Counted from the stretch's first letter, positions 1 to 17,274 are shown. The stretch is 64,000 nucleotides of DNA from Octopus vulgaris (GCA_951406725.2 OX597827.1:8122001-8186000), one strand, 5' to 3'. Translations and numbers: made by a program. The notes: a model not told the origin generated them from the sequence alone.

Positions 1-1240
1 AATATTGCGGGTAAGTAACACGAAAACTAATATAAATGCTTGGAAGACAGATTCGAAGGATTATTCAGTGTGTGATGATGTATTTATTATATGCACAAAG
101 GGTGGAAATACCCGAAGCACTGCAAAACAGGATATTGAAAGACTTCCATGTAGGACATCCAGGGATTTCCCAGATGAAAAGCCTCATGAGGGGTTTCATG
201 TATTGGCTGAATATGGACAAGCAAATTGAGAGACTAGTAAAACAATGCAGGGGATGCTCTATAGCAGCAAATGCACCCCCAGTGCAGATACAGCCATGGC
301 CAAAAATGGATTCAGTATGGTGTAGACTGCATGTAGATTTTGCAGGGCTAATAAATGGCTCTCATTATATTATCATGGTGGATAGCTATTCGAAATGGCC
401 TGAAGTGTGTAAATTAAATGTTCAAGGCCAACCACAAATGTGATTATTGAATTCTTGGAAGAATTGTTCACCCGTTATGGAGTGCCAAATACTATCAAGT
501 CAGATAATGGCACACAATTCACAGTGAAGGAGTTCGAAAGATTCTGTAAGTCGGTCCAGATGAAGCATCGGTTAACTCCACCATACCATCCAAGGTCAAA
601 TGGGTTAGGGGAAAGATTTGTCGACACATTCAAGAGAACCTTAAAAAAGACCAGACGGGAAGCCCTTGAGGATAGAAATATGACAAAGTTCTTACAGGTG
701 TACAGAATAACACCAAATCTAAATGCAGAGTTGGGTAGATCACCCGCAGATTTGATGTTCTCCAGAAAGATACGTTCTGTGTTTAATAAATTGTTGCCGA
801 GTAGAAAATGGAAAATACAAAATTCAGGAAGTAGAACTAAATTTAATAACACCGGTGATGAAGTGTATTTTAAAATATATAAAAACAGAAAATAGCACTG
901 GGTACAATGTAATATAACTGGACGTCTGAGTAACATAATGCACATGGTAAAACGACTAAAATATGAACATAAAAGGCATTTTAACCAATTACAGGAAAGA
1001 TATACCAAAAATAAAGGAAGGCAAGAGGAGCCAATTGATATATGGTATGACATGTTTGAGGTCCCAGAACCATAAGTGAAAGCAGAATTGACACGTAGGT
1101 TGAACAGGAAACGAAAACCTACAGAAATGATGGAAATTAATGCCAAGAGGAAGAGGTATGCCAGTTTCTCACTGAGGGAATAAAACTGATAAAAATAAAG
1201 AATAAACAAATTAGAAAAAAAGAATAAAGCCAATCTCAAA
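1..1240 (+). mobile_element. Ty3/Gypsy LTR retrotransposon pol 3' end (integrase), degenerate, runs off the left edge
   Basis: ORFs 36-443 and 440-895 carry the integrase HHCC finger (FHVGHPG...CRGC) and DDE core (LHVDFAG, SDNGTQF, YHPRSNGLGERFV). The frame is broken near 440 and there are stops after 895. Confidence 0.93.
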
Positions 1241-1249
1241 AAGGGGAGG

Positions 1250-1455
1250 TGCTGTGTGGAATTACAACACCCCTATTGGTAGGTTCCTAATGGACTGTGC
1301 CACAATATAAATGGACATATGCAGAGGGCCCTCAGCGCAGTGTAAAGCCAAAAGTTGCGTATTGTCGAGGGTTATTACCAGTATCTTGAGTAGAATGATT
1401 TGCGAGGACATTATTACTATTCTGTTATCTCATACATTGAATGTGCAACACAACA
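1250..1455 (+). mobile_element. 3' LTR of the Gypsy element
   Basis: Polypurine tract AAAAAGGGGAGG (1238-1249) directly precedes TGCTGTGT. The segment ends ACACAACA at 1455, giving TG...CA termini with an imperfect inverted repeat. Confidence 0.7.
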
Positions 1456-1466
1456 TATACATACAT

Positions 1467-1518
<52 letters not shown>

Positions 1519-1532
1519 TTATATATATATAT

Positions 1533-1984
<452 letters not shown>

Positions 1985-2040
1985 ATATATATATATATCA
2001 ATATATATGTATATATATCAATATATATATACAAGGTATA

Positions 2041-2373
2041 CTGTGTGGCACCTTGGGCAAGGGTCTTCTACTCTAGCCTCAGCCCAACCAAAGCCTTGCA
2101 AGTGGACTTGGAAGACGGAAACTGAAAGAAGCCTATCATACACATATATGTATATATTTATGTGTGTGTGTGTCAGTGTTTGTCCCCCCTTATCGCTTGA
2201 CAACCTATGTTGGTCTGTTTACATCCCTGTAACTTAGCGTTTCAACAAAATAGATTGATAGAATAAGTACTGAGCTTACAAAGAATAAGATCTGGGGGTC
2301 AATTTCTTCAACTAAATGTGGTGCTCCAGCATAGCCGTACTCAAATGACTGAAACAAGTTAAAGAATAAAAGA
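2041..2373 (+). mobile_element. tRNA-derived SINE family A, 5'-truncated
   Basis: Matches the body and tail of the full copies (e.g. 30144-30573), including the tail GGTGCTCCAGCAT...TGACTGAAAC. Confidence 0.8.
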
Positions 2374-2392
2374 ATATATACACATACAGATA

Positions 2393-2423
<31 letters not shown>

Positions 2424-2574
2424 ATACAAATGATTTTCTTTCAGTTTCCATCTACCAAATCTACTCACAACACTTTCCTCTGACTGAGGCTACTACAGAA
2501 CAAAACTGAACCCAATAATTCTACACTTGAAACATGAACTTCTTAATACCACAAGCATGAATACTCCTCTGTGT

Positions 2575-3875
<1,301 letters not shown>

Positions 3876-3907
<32 letters not shown>

Positions 3908-4190
3908 GTTTAACGTCTGTTTTCCATGCTAACATAGGCTGGACTGTTCGACCGGGGTCTGGGAAGCCAGGAGGCTGCTCCAGGCTCCAGTCTGATCTGG
4001 CAGTGTTTCTACAGCTGGATGCTCTTCCTAGCGCCAACCACTCCGTAAGTGTAGTGGGTGCTTTTTACGTGCCACCAGCACAGGTGCCAGGGGAGGCTGG
4101 CGACGGCCACAATCGCTTGGTGGTTTTTACATGCTACCGACACGGAAGCCAGTCAAGGCAATGCTGGCATCGGCCACATACGGATGGTGC
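3876..4190 (-). mobile_element. RTE LINE 3' UTR fragment with (GAT)n tail
   Basis: Same sequence as the 3' end of the RTE copy at 18217-19300 (GGATGCCCTTCCTAACGCCAACCACTCC-like motif). Confidence 0.8.
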
Positions 4191-4301
4191 TATATATGTA
4201 TGTATATACTGTTGTGTCTGGGGAGAGTCATTCTCTTTTTGTGCCTTATTATTTAACACACTCACCAGTAAAATTTCCACTTATTTCTTATTTTTATTTT
4301 C

Positions 4302-4338
4302 CTAAAACTTTCGTTGCGTCTTGCAACCTTTTCAATAG
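4302..4338 (-). ncRNA. Hammerhead-like motif, U3-A8 core variant, in a Penelope-like fragment
   Basis: Minus strand reads CUA-UUGAAAA-G-GUUGC aagac GCAAC-GAAA-gu-UU-UAG. Stem II is a perfect 5 bp; stem I is only 3 bp and stem III is minimal. Confidence 0.45.
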
Positions 4339-5132
4339 TCTTGACTCTGTCCGTTATTTACACTGCGTTCCTTTTTGTTTGTTTGTGTGCATGTATGTGG
4401 GTCAGTGTGTGCGTGTGTGTGTGTGTGTGCCTATACCTGCATACATGAATGTATGTATGTGTGTGTGTGTTTGCATGTGTATATATATATGTGTGTGTGC
4501 ATCTGTATGTACGTATCCTGCATATTTATGTGCTTGCATGTCCGTGTTTGTGTATTTTCTATGTATGTGTGTGTGAGTATTGGTTTGTATATGTATGCAC
4601 CTCTGTCTCCTTGTGTGTGCATATCTGTGTGTGTGTTATGTAACTATGTACCATGTTTGTATGTATGGATGTGCATCTTTATAAGTGTGGATCCGTGTCT
4701 CCATATGTGTCTGTTCTTGTAACCTATGTACCTATCTGTCTGTATGTTGATCTGTTTATTAACATATCTAAATGCTTACATGCAGAAATTTAAAAAACTA
4801 AAAAATAAGAAACAAGTGGAAATTTTGCCAGTGAGTGTGTTAAATAATAAGGCACTAAAAGAGAATGACCCTCCCCAGACACAACAAAATATGCTTCAAC
4901 ACACGAACTCATATAAAGAATCTTGCAAACCAAATCCAAAAACGAAATGTATGTATATATACACATACATATACAAACATACATACATACATACATACAT
5001 ACATACATACATACATACATACATACATACATACATACATACATACATACATACATACATACATACATACATACATACATACATACATACATACACACAT
5101 ACATGTATGTGTGTATGTATATAAACATGTAT

Positions 5133-6254
<1,122 letters not shown>

Positions 6255-6367
6255 TATACACATGTATTAGAATTTTCTCTGATTTTTCAGATTTTTGTAT
6301 GCTAGGCTACTGGTTTTAAATTGATATTAATTAAATTAATATTAAATTTATCTCCCTCATTATTTAA

Positions 6368-6460
<93 letters not shown>

Positions 6461-6576
6461 TGTATGTATGTATGTATGTATGTATGGGTGTGTGTGTGTG
6501 TTTGTCTATGTATGCATGTATGTGTGTGAGTGTAGCTGATATGGGCAGGCAGGCAGGCAGGCAGGCAGACATACAT

Positions 6577-6613
<37 letters not shown>

Positions 6614-6691
6614 TAGATAGATAGATAGATAGGTAGGTAGATAGATAGATAGATGTAATTCATTCATTTGTTAATTAATTCCAGTCTTTAG

Positions 6692-6776
6692 GTTTTGTAA
6701 TGGAAGTGAACCCTTCAAAATGTTTACTAAATTACACTCTGACTCCAGTACTTCATCAAGTAGAAATATCAAAGAG
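6692..6776 (+). CDS. Candidate internal exon of an unidentified plus-strand gene
   Basis: ccagtctttAG|...AAAGAG|GTgaat, 85 bp, open in two frames. Both frames are phase-compatible with the acceptor at 7474/7475. No homology recognised. Confidence 0.25.
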
Positions 6777-6903
6777 GTGAATTCTTCGAATTGCTAATAT
6801 CAACTTCAGCATAAACAGAAAGGGACATAACTTAAAGTACTTCAACACAGCAATTTACACCATTATACTCATACACACATTTTCAGTTATATATATAAAT
6901 GTG

Positions 6904-7210
6904 TGGAGGCGCAATGGCCTAGTGGTTAGGGCAGCGGACTCGCGGTCACAGGATTGCGGTTTCAATTCCCAGACCGGGCGTTGCGTATGTTTATTGAGCG
7001 AAAACACCTAAAAAGCTCCACGAGGCTCCGGCAGGGGGTGGTGATCCCTGCTGTACTCTTTCACCACTCTTTCTCCCACTCTTTCTTCTGTTGGCCTGCT
7101 CACTTAGGCAGCGGGGTGGCGTCATTCGAAGGCTAAAAAACAATGTGAACGCATTGGGACCAGCGATGTGTAACAACGTCTGATGGTCTGGTCGGTCACG
7201 TGATCACATG
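6904..7210 (+). mobile_element. tRNA-derived SINE family C
   Basis: tRNA-like head GGAGGCGCAATGGCCTAGTGGTTAGGGCAGCGGACTCGCGGTC...GGTTTCAATTCCC, shared with copies at 22229, 44714 (minus) and 61216. Confidence 0.8.
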
Positions 7211-7279
7211 ATATATAAATGTATTTGTATACGTGAGTGTGTGTGTGTGTGTGCATTTGTGTGTGTGTGTGTGAATATG

Positions 7280-7318
<39 letters not shown>

Positions 7319-7474
7319 CCGTGTGTGTGTGTGTTAGTATCTGTGTCAGTGTAAATGAGTTTATATGTGTGAATCCGTGTGTGTACATATGCATGTGAGT
7401 ACGTGTGTCTATGTATATGTATATGTATAAATGTACGTTTCTTTGAGATATATTTTTTGTATTTTCCTTTGCAG

Positions 7475-7550
7475 AATTCAAGCCAGTTACAAAGAGAGTG
7501 TCAAGGCTCTTCTGTTTAGCTCAAAGTTTGATGTTGTCTGGAATGGCTAA
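7475..7550 (+). CDS. Candidate terminal exon of an unidentified plus-strand gene
   Basis: Strong acceptor tattttttgtattttcctttgcAG. Reads NSSQLQRECQGSSV* in phase 0 or IQASYKESVKALLFSSKFDVVWNG* in phase 2. Confidence 0.25.
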
Positions 7551-8013
7551 CCCTTTTGTTACCATATTTCTGTTGAAGTACTCTATCTTTACTTCAATTA
7601 ATTTTTAAAATAATGAAGAATTCAGCAAAATAGCTTTATCATTATTAATGGGATTTTGGAACATAAATTGACGCTATGTTCTGATGGAAGATTTTAATTC
7701 AAAACTCTTGAAAACAAGACATTTGTAACACAGAGCAAGGCGGCGAGCTGGCAGAAACGTTAGCACGCCGGGCAAAATGCTTAGCGGTATTTCGTCTGCC
7801 ATTGCGTTCTGAGTTCAAATTCTGCCGAGGTCAACTTTGCCTTTCATCCTTTCGGGGTCGATAAATTAAGTACCAGTTATGCACTGGGGTTGATGTAATC
7901 GACTTAACCCCTTTGTCTGTCATTGTTTGTCCCCTCTATGTTTAGCCCCTTGTGGGCAATAAAGAAATAAGAGCAAGAGGCAGTCTTAGGTAGGTTGGTA
8001 CCAAAAGGGTTAA
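7548..8013. mobile_element. piggyBac-like MITE interrupted by a SINE
   Basis: (T)TAA-CCCTTTTG...CAAAAGGG-TTAA termini; same family as 34666-34896. Confidence 0.7.
7740..7969 (+). mobile_element. SINE family B (Nin/Deu-domain-like) with target-site duplication
   Basis: Core CTTTGCCTTTCATCCTTTCGGGGTCGATAAATTAAGTACCAG resembles the Nin/DeuSINE central domain. TSD AGAGCAAG at 7732-7739 and 7970-7977. Confidence 0.8.
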
Positions 8014-10792
8014 TATAGGTTTCAAATTTTGGCAGTTTTAGGGAAGAGAGTAAGTCAATTTCATGGACACCAGTGCCCAACTGGTACTTATCTTATTGAC
8101 CCTGAAAGATTGAAAGGCAAACCTTGGTAGATTGTTGAACTCAGAATGTAAAAACAGACGAAATATTGATAAGCAATATTTATCAACCCCGAAAGGATGA
8201 AAGGCAAAGTCGACCTCGGCGGAATTTGAACTCAGAAGGTAACGACAGACAAAATACCGCTAAGCATTTCGCCTGGCGTGCTAACGTTTCTGCCAGCTCG
8301 CCGCCTTATCAGCTAAAATGTGTTAACAACAAACAAGATGAGGACAAATATCTGTCAAATGTAAATAACAAAAATAACCCCTTAAATGTTTTACAAATTT
8401 TTACTCTTCTTCTAATCAAATAACAAGGAGAATGCAAATCAGTCTGATCCGTCCTTTCCTATTAGATTTGGAGAATCCAAGTATTTTCTGGATATGGTGT
8501 TTATTATTATCACTGTATAAAGTGCAACAGAAAGTGTAGGCATCTGAAACAAAACATTAAATTTAACACTGCCCATCAAATTTTAGTCGTGTTGGCTATA
8601 AGCATTCAATGTTGTTTATTGAAAACTATCTTATTATCTGATTGATTTGAGGCTAATCAACAACAACAATGATGTCAACATGAACAACAATAAAACCACT
8701 AAAAAAGTAAAAAAATTAAGACACATAAAATTTGACATGTTAATTGTAAATATAATTAAAGTTCTTTGCAATATGATAAATAATGCTGGAAATATACTCT
8801 TTACATTGAGACTAATATCAGGTAATGTTACATATACAGAATGAATATAATATTGCTTTTTTGAAATTTCATGGGTTTATATATAATTATGAAATGAAAA
8901 TTACTATTCAAAATGAGGAATAAATTATTTTCAGGCATGGCCAAGTGTTTAAGAATCTTACTTTGCAACCACAGGGCTTCAGATTTAATCCCTCTGCATG
9001 GCACCTTGGGCAAGCATCTTCTATTATTGCCCTGGGTCAATCAATGCCATGTAAGTGAATTTCATTGACAGAAATTCACAATTTCTGTTGGTTTGTTTAT
9101 GTCCATATAACTTAGCAGTTCAGCAAAGCGGCCACTTGAATAAGTAACAAAGTTTAAAAGAAAAAAAAATGGATTATGGTCAATTTGTTTGACTAAAGCC
9201 TTTGAAGGCAGTATCCCAGCATGGCTGCAGTCCAATGACTGAAACAAGTAAAAGATAAAAAATTAAAATTATATTAAAGCAATTCTTTTCATTTCTACAT
9301 TTGCAATAAATATACATCAAATATAACAATAGTGTTTAAATATCAATTAATTACAGATGTGAATCTCTCTGTAATTAGTTCTAGTAGCATAAGTATATTT
9401 CCAACATTACCTATCATATGATAAGTAATCCCATAATTAATACAAGTAACCAAGGGAGATAAATCCAGTAAGATCAGAGTTATTTCCCTTGAGAGAGAAA
9501 CCAATAGAGAGAGATGGATACACACTGCCAATTATATTAAAAGAAAAGTATAATACATATTATGGAATTCATTAATCATTGCCAATCATTCTCTCCAACC
9601 ACCTGAATATAAACGATGGTTATTTTCCATAAAAACCGAAAACAAATAAAAACAGTATAATTCATAGTGTAAAACAATATAAAAACCGTACAAATTAACA
9701 CAGTTGTAAATAACAAGGTTTAAACAGTTGTCATCATAATTCGTCTCCTACAATAAAAATGTTGCATATTCCTTCATTGGCAATGCATGTGCCAGCTAAT
9801 TAAATAGAACATTTAATGAATAAAGGCAATAAATAAAGCAGCATTTTAATATTACGGTCGTAGATAGATATAAGAGAAGGCAAATAATTGAGAAATTGTA
9901 CCAATGCAAACGAGACACTCAACATTTTAACAAACAAATCATATATAATGAAGTGAACTTAATTGAACTGCATTGCATTAAACGCCAGTTTGAGAGCTGA
10001 AATACATCATTTATAATAGTTGAACATGACATAAATATTAATATCATACACACACAATCTATATGATGATAACAGCAAGTCAACAAACAGTATTTCCACT
10101 GAGAAAACAACAAAAATGTATATACATGTATATACGTATATTCTCGAAAGAGAAATATGATTCGGGATAAGATGGGAGATCCACTGTAAAGTAATAAACG
10201 GATATGAAGGTCAGACTAGACATCTTAAACATCACATTACTAGGAAGTCTTGTGATGGGAACAATCAGAAAAACAAAGAACGGTCAACTTGGCATAAACA
10301 TTGAGAAATGGTATGGCATGGATTGCTTTATTTCAATTAAAAAATATTCATAAATTTCTCTTAAAGTAGAGAGGATGTCAACAAAAGAACCAGCAAAATA
10401 AATTTAATCTCTTCAAAATTAGCAACCAATGTAAAAAAAAAAGAATCCATAGCATCGCAGTAGAAGCTTCACATAAGGATGATTTTATTTGAAACTACGA
10501 TCATGTTGATGTTGACAAATAAGGTGTGAATGTACTTCAGTAAATACATATATATACATAAAGACATACATACATATACATATGTTCTCATATATATATA
10601 TATGCATTTATGTATATATGTATGTATATATGTATATATGTATGTATATATGTATATATACATACATAAATATACATATATATATACATATATATATATA
10701 TATACATACATATATATATATACGCATATATATATACACACACATATGTATGTATGTGAATGTGTATGTAGGTATGTATGTGTGTGTATATT

Positions 10793-10825
<33 letters not shown>

Positions 10826-11133
10826 TTATATATATATGTATGTATGTAATATATATATGTGTGTGTGTATGTATGTATGTATGTATGTATGTATGTATAT
10901 ATGCATGCATTTAGCTACAAAAACCAGAAGTAAAATATAGTACTCAACATGAAATGTGGAGTCAGATATAAAATTTTAATGAAGCTGAAAAAACTTCAAA
11001 ACCAATTATTCTGAGTTTTATGTTTCCTGCAGATCAGAGACATGAAACTCAAAAGTAATGACTTGCAGAGTTTTTTTTTTTCCTGCTGCAATAAAATCAT
11101 ATATATGTATCTGCCTGTGTATGAACATATAAA

Positions 11134-11205
<72 letters not shown>

Positions 11206-11234
11206 TATATATATACATATATATATACATATAT

Positions 11235-11272
<38 letters not shown>

Positions 11273-11306
11273 GTTCGTGTATGTGTCTGCGTGTGTGAAT
11301 AAGTAC

Positions 11307-11344
<38 letters not shown>

Positions 11345-11480
11345 ATGTGTTTGTGCATATATGTTTGAGTCCTTGCTTATGCTGCTAAGTACTCTACAGG
11401 TATCAAGCCAATGGATATTCTCTGACTGACCATAAAAGAGGACCTTCTAAATACATTTACACACACACACACTCACACAT

Positions 11481-11515
<35 letters not shown>

Positions 11516-12054
11516 TACAGATATTCACAATATTCACCTCTACCCCATCACTAACTCTCTGTTGCCCTTCTCTCGCACCCTCATGTACCTACCAACCCAC
11601 TCAGAGAGTTGTGGGTGTTGATTTTATGGCACCTGCATTAGGAGAGTAACTTATACCTCGGATGAGTAAAAAGGAAACCCCTTAGACTAAAAGAATAGAA
11701 CTTAAATTATGTTTGAAGAAACAGATTTAGTGTTGTGAGAGAATGAAAGTAGAGTGAGTAACAGAGAGAATAGTGTTGGTGATAAATAATGGAGATGAAC
11801 TCACCCACCAGCTGTGCTATTGTGCAATGTTTGAGAAGAGTTGGATGGAGGTGGGTTAAAGTTTTCCAATTTAGTTGAAATAGGCACAGGCATGGCTGTG
11901 TGGTAAGAAGCTTGCTTCCCAACCACATGATTCTGGGTTCAGTCCCACTGTGTGGCACCTTTGGCAAATGTCCTACTACTATAGCCTCAGGCTGACCAAA
12001 GCCTTGTGGCTGGATTTGGTAGACAGAAACTGAAAGTAGTTTGTCATATATATG

Positions 12055-12093
<39 letters not shown>

Positions 12094-12821
12094 GGGGGGG
12101 GTCTTTCCCCCACCGCATACATAACAACAGATGCATATGAAATCAAACAGACACACATAACTACACACATGCACACACACATAACTCCCCTCACTTACAC
12201 ACACATCCATAAGCACATAATCACTCAAAAACATGTATAGACATGCATACATCTACATATACAAGTCAATGATGAAGCCTGTACACATTCACTTGATTGG
12301 CTAGAAACAACAGCCGAATTACACCTGTGTCAGAGTGAGTAATAAAACAAACAACACAGAAAAGGAACACTCTAAAATCAAATGTCTACTGACTTGTAGG
12401 TATCATTTTATTGACGAAGTCTTTAGAAAGAGATTTCTGGTATAAAACCTAAGGTTGAAATACTAGTCAGGCTGCTTGTGACAAGATATTTGACAAGAGT
12501 CACTTAGAGAGGTTTGGGATATGTATTGTACAAGCATATAGGACAATTATCCAATGATGTACAATTTGCTCAGAATTTCATCTTATTCTGTTTTCTCTTT
12601 AGATTGATTGAATGAAAATAATAAAACTACAAACTTAAGTGCAAGTCTCAATATGTGAAATAGTAGAGTTTAGAATTTTGGTATTTATTTCTTCCTTTTA
12701 GCTGTAAGCATTTGTGTGTCTATACATGCATTCGTACACACACAACACACATATACACATATAAATATATGCAAATACATATTTATATATATATATATAT
12801 ATATATATTTTCAATCACATG

Positions 12822-12877
<56 letters not shown>

Positions 12878-13479
12878 GTATATGAATATGTGTATATATA
12901 TATTTATATATACACACATGTGTGCATATGTGTGTGGATGTGCATACCTGCATATCTTAGAATGTTTAAATATAAATGTGAAAGAAATATAACTAAATCT
13001 TGTTTGTTAATTAACTGATGTTCTGTAAAGAAGGATAAAAACAGTTTACAAAGCCCAAATTTTAATTTGACATGAAATGAAATAATAAAAGGTAACAAAA
13101 TTTAGAAACGGAATAAATAATGTTGTTATTCAGTCAATAAAAAGAAATCATCTTATAAAGGGATCAATTTTCTCTTATATTGTTAAAGCAAAATATTTGC
13201 ATGTTTTTGCAGATATTCATTATGCCTATTGTGATTGGCTTTATTAACAAATTGTCACAAACAATGTCACAATATCTAGTCATGCTATACCAGGCTTCAG
13301 TATTCAGTCATTAGAGTGCATTTCATATTTAGTGAAGATGATAAATTTGCTGAACCCATAGACTTATACTCGGTGTTCAAATCCTAACATTGCCTTTTAC
13401 ATACTTGGTGTATTATTGATTAAGAATTAGTATTATTTGGCTAATTATTTGACTAAAAGGCAGTGAGCGGACAGAATAC

Positions 13480-13975
13480 TCTCCATCAGGCATTTGCCAT
13501 ATTCTGAATGCCTTACTTCCCTGGGCATGGACACATTGAAACTCCGACATCTGGCAGCTGACTTGGCAGACACACATAAAATTATCAACCATCGTACAAA
13601 CAATAACTCTGAGCACCTTTTCAAACTCCACCTGTCTAACACTCATGGACATGATTACAAAGTCAGAAAACGGCATGGCTCCCATGACTTTCGGAAACAT
13701 TTTTTCACGCTAAGAGTTGCTGAAGCATGGAACAAACTGCCGGCATCAGTTGTTAGTTGTCGGAGCACTGCATCCTTCAAAACTTCCATGCTTCCTGAGA
13801 GATTCGCCAACACTACACCTGATTTTCTCCCCTCCATACACACGCAAGCATGTATCTGACTCATACACTGTTCGCTTCCCAGACATTTGTACATTACTGC
13901 ATATACTTTATACACACTTTTTGACAAATTATGGAGCACCTGAGTACTGTATACAATAATTTCATTATTATTATT
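13480..13975 (+). mobile_element. CR1-group LINE 3' fragment
   Basis: ORF 13494-13859 YSECLTSLGMDTLKLR...GHDYKVRK...RKHFFTLRVAEAWNKLP is a typical CR1 ORF2 C-terminus; ends in (ATT)n. Confidence 0.85.
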
Positions 13976-14289
13976 TTAATGATTGCCATACCAGACAAAA
14001 TGCTAAGTAACATTTCTTCTGGTTTTACATTCTCAGTTCAAATACCACCAACGTTGATTGCTTTTCATTCTTTTGGGGTCGATGAAATAAGTACCACCCT
14101 CAAAATTTCTGGCCTCGTGTCAATAGTAGAAAGGATCATTACTATTGTTGGTTTACTTCTCAGAGGGCTCAGTCTTCTTTGCTTCAGTTGATTCTGTGAG
14201 AGTAGACAGCAGTCTGTTATCAAAGGTCTTACAGAGTCTCTTCTGCATATTATGAGCTTTGATAATTATTATGGAAGACAGGTGTAGTG

Positions 14290-14362
14290 TAGCCTCGGGC
14301 CGACCAATGCCATGTGAGTGGATTTGGTAGACGGAAACTGAAAGAAGCCTGTCGTATATATG

Positions 14363-14395
<33 letters not shown>

Positions 14396-14609
14396 GTTTG
14401 TGTGTCTGTGTTTGTCCCACTAGCATTGCTTGACAACCGATGCTGGTGTGTTTATGTCCCCGTTACTTAGCGGTTCGGCAAAAGAGACCGATAGAATAAG
14501 TACTGGGCTTACAAAAAGAATAAGTCCCGGGGTCGATTTGCTTGGCTAAAGGTGGTGCTCCAGCATGGCCGCAGTCAAATGACTGAAACAAGTAAAAGAG
14601 AAAGAGAGT
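14290..14609 (+). mobile_element. SINE family A, 5'-truncated
   Basis: Body and tail match the full-length family A copies. Confidence 0.85.
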
Positions 14610-15597
14610 ATTAGATCACAGTGAGTCTGCAGAAACATTAGCAATGCCAAACAACATGCTTAGCGATATTTCTGCAGGTTCTTTATATTCTCAGTTTAAA
14701 TCTTGTTGAGGTCAACTTTACCCTTTGTCTTTAAAGGGTCAATAAAATGAGTACCAGTTGAGCACTGGGGTCAATGAAATTCACTTACCCCCTTCCCCTA
14801 TTACTGGCTTATTATTATTGAGTGAGAGAGCAGTGCATGCCATCAAAGGGACACTGGGGTACAATTATACAAAGCCCAGTATACCCATCATGACTACCCG
14901 TCTGATAAGGGTACACTACACACATGCATCACAACCATATGTACACAGCATGGTGATCTTATATCAAGATAAGCAGTGCAAGACCTTGCAGGTGAGGCCA
15001 GTTAGAATTTTTTTCAGGTTGAGTAGCCCATTCTGCTCAAAAGGTCCCTGAATAAGGTGTGTTTAAGGATGATGAGCAAGACACCTGTTTTCTAGAGGTG
15101 AATTATTCAAACCCCACAAAATTCTTCTCATGGCTATGATACTCCCCCACTACTTCTGCTCATGATCAAGGATGCACATATTATCAGCCACCAAGGGACA
15201 TGCTCAACTGGTTAAGGTCAAACAACTGACAAGCAAATCTGTGATATTGAGCAGAATATTTGCTGTAGCCCATCTTTTACACCAAGACAAAATATATACA
15301 TGGTAACACTTCCAGTCAGAAGCCATGAGAGCCATTGCCTGGTACTGCATCAGGGAATTTATTATTTATATTATTATTATTATTATTATTACTGTTATTA
15401 TTATTATTAACATATGTTTGACTTTTGCTTTGTATTTGTGCAAGTCGGCTCCAAGTCTCACCCAGAGACCTCAGGAGACAACAAGTTAGAAGTTCATGTT
15501 GATGTTATGCCTAGAGTGTCATATATTTTGTTTTGTACACTGTGTTCTAAAGAATGTTTGTTTTAAAATCTGAGATTACTATTATTATTATTGTTGA

Positions 15598-15630
<33 letters not shown>

Positions 15631-16111
15631 CGTTATTATTGTCTAATATATTTATTCACATTGCCAAATACGAATTAAAAGATTGAGTTTCAGACAAATT
15701 AATTTTGATGACATTTAAATGAAAGTATCTTAGTAAGGTCTATAGTAGCCAATTTACTGTAAATGTAGTAATATTTAGTAAAAAGCGTAACCAAAACAAA
15801 TACTTTGAATACTACCCTTGTAATAGGATGTGGATAGCTACGAAAATTGACCATTTCTACTCATAGTTTTATCTTAAACATACCAGTAAATGGATATGTA
15901 ATATTACATTTTATCCAAAATCTGTTTCAAAATAAATCTCTTTATTTAGTTTTGAGAATTCTCAGACTGAAAAAGAAAACAGTGCAAAATTTTAGGTTTT
16001 TGTCTTAAAACAATGCAAACAGACCATAGACATAACATATAAATGTATCTTGTGTGTAATGTTTCCACAAGAATGGTATGTTCATCAATGGAGGTAGAAG
16101 TGACTAACACA

Positions 16112-16257
<146 letters not shown>

Positions 16258-16311
16258 TTATATACACATATATATATACATATATATATACATATATACA
16301 TATATATATAC

Positions 16312-16376
<65 letters not shown>

Positions 16377-16388
16377 TATATATCTGTT

Positions 16389-16421
<33 letters not shown>

Positions 16422-16838
16422 ATATATATTTGTTTCTTTAAAATTAAAATATAACATCATCAGTATGTGGTCTTTTTAAAATACTGTTATGAAATAATAG
16501 ATTCCATAGAATTTTCCATAATAAATATTTGATACTTTTTTTCTTTATTTTTATGTATAGAAAATGAAAATATGAAAATATTAAATATATATATTTACCA
16601 ATAGCATGAATTATTGCAGCTTGTTCTGGATCATGTGTAGCCATAACTTCAAGACGAGTTTATGTTTATGTTTTTCAGAAGCTCACAGTTTTATGAAGTT
16701 AGATACAGTTTTGCACTTATAAATTTTGGACAAATATCAACTGACATTACACACACTTTGATAATATGCTTTTTTGCATGATCTAGCATGATCATGACTT
16801 TGATTGTTTAGTCAAATATATATATATATATAAAGTCA

Positions 16839-16944
<106 letters not shown>

Positions 16945-16993
16945 ATATGTATAAAATAATGAGCTAGAGTTTGATACCTGGATATTTTTATTT

Positions 16994-17274
16994 TTATGGT
17001 TCTCGTCTCTTTGGTAGAGCTGGCAATGGCTTGGAGTAAGCTGTGAAACTATTCCTCATGGGTAGATTCCATGGATGTCTTGACTTCTTGGAATTGGCAT
17101 TGTTTACTCGTATTGATTTGAGATCAATGATATCTTTACTGTTAGTGCTTAAACCAACGTCAGTCTTATAAGAACACCTGGTAGTAATTTTACTTTCCTT
17201 TGGTTGATTAATTACCTGAGGTAAAGACTTTCGCCCTGTATCTTGGATTGGTTCTAGTTTAACTAATTTGATAC
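16994..17274 (-). CDS. Terminal coding exon of an uncharacterised gene
   Basis: Acceptor ttttgtttttttgcAG. Phase-1 frame is open for 92 codons: [28 protein letters not shown]...[34 protein letters not shown] follows the stop immediately. Confidence 0.72.

Noticed and set aside
475-1239. 254-aa minus-strand ORF
   Set aside because: Antisense shadow of the Gypsy integrase; no recognisable motifs.
6904-6980. tRNA-like sequence
   Set aside because: It is the Pol III head of a SINE: it continues into a repeat body, recurs in several copies and lacks a proper acceptor stem.
12603-13390. Strong-looking plus-strand splice acceptors at about 12602 and 13212
   Set aside because: All three frames meet stop codons quickly and no coherent exon chain emerges; non-coding exons cannot be excluded.
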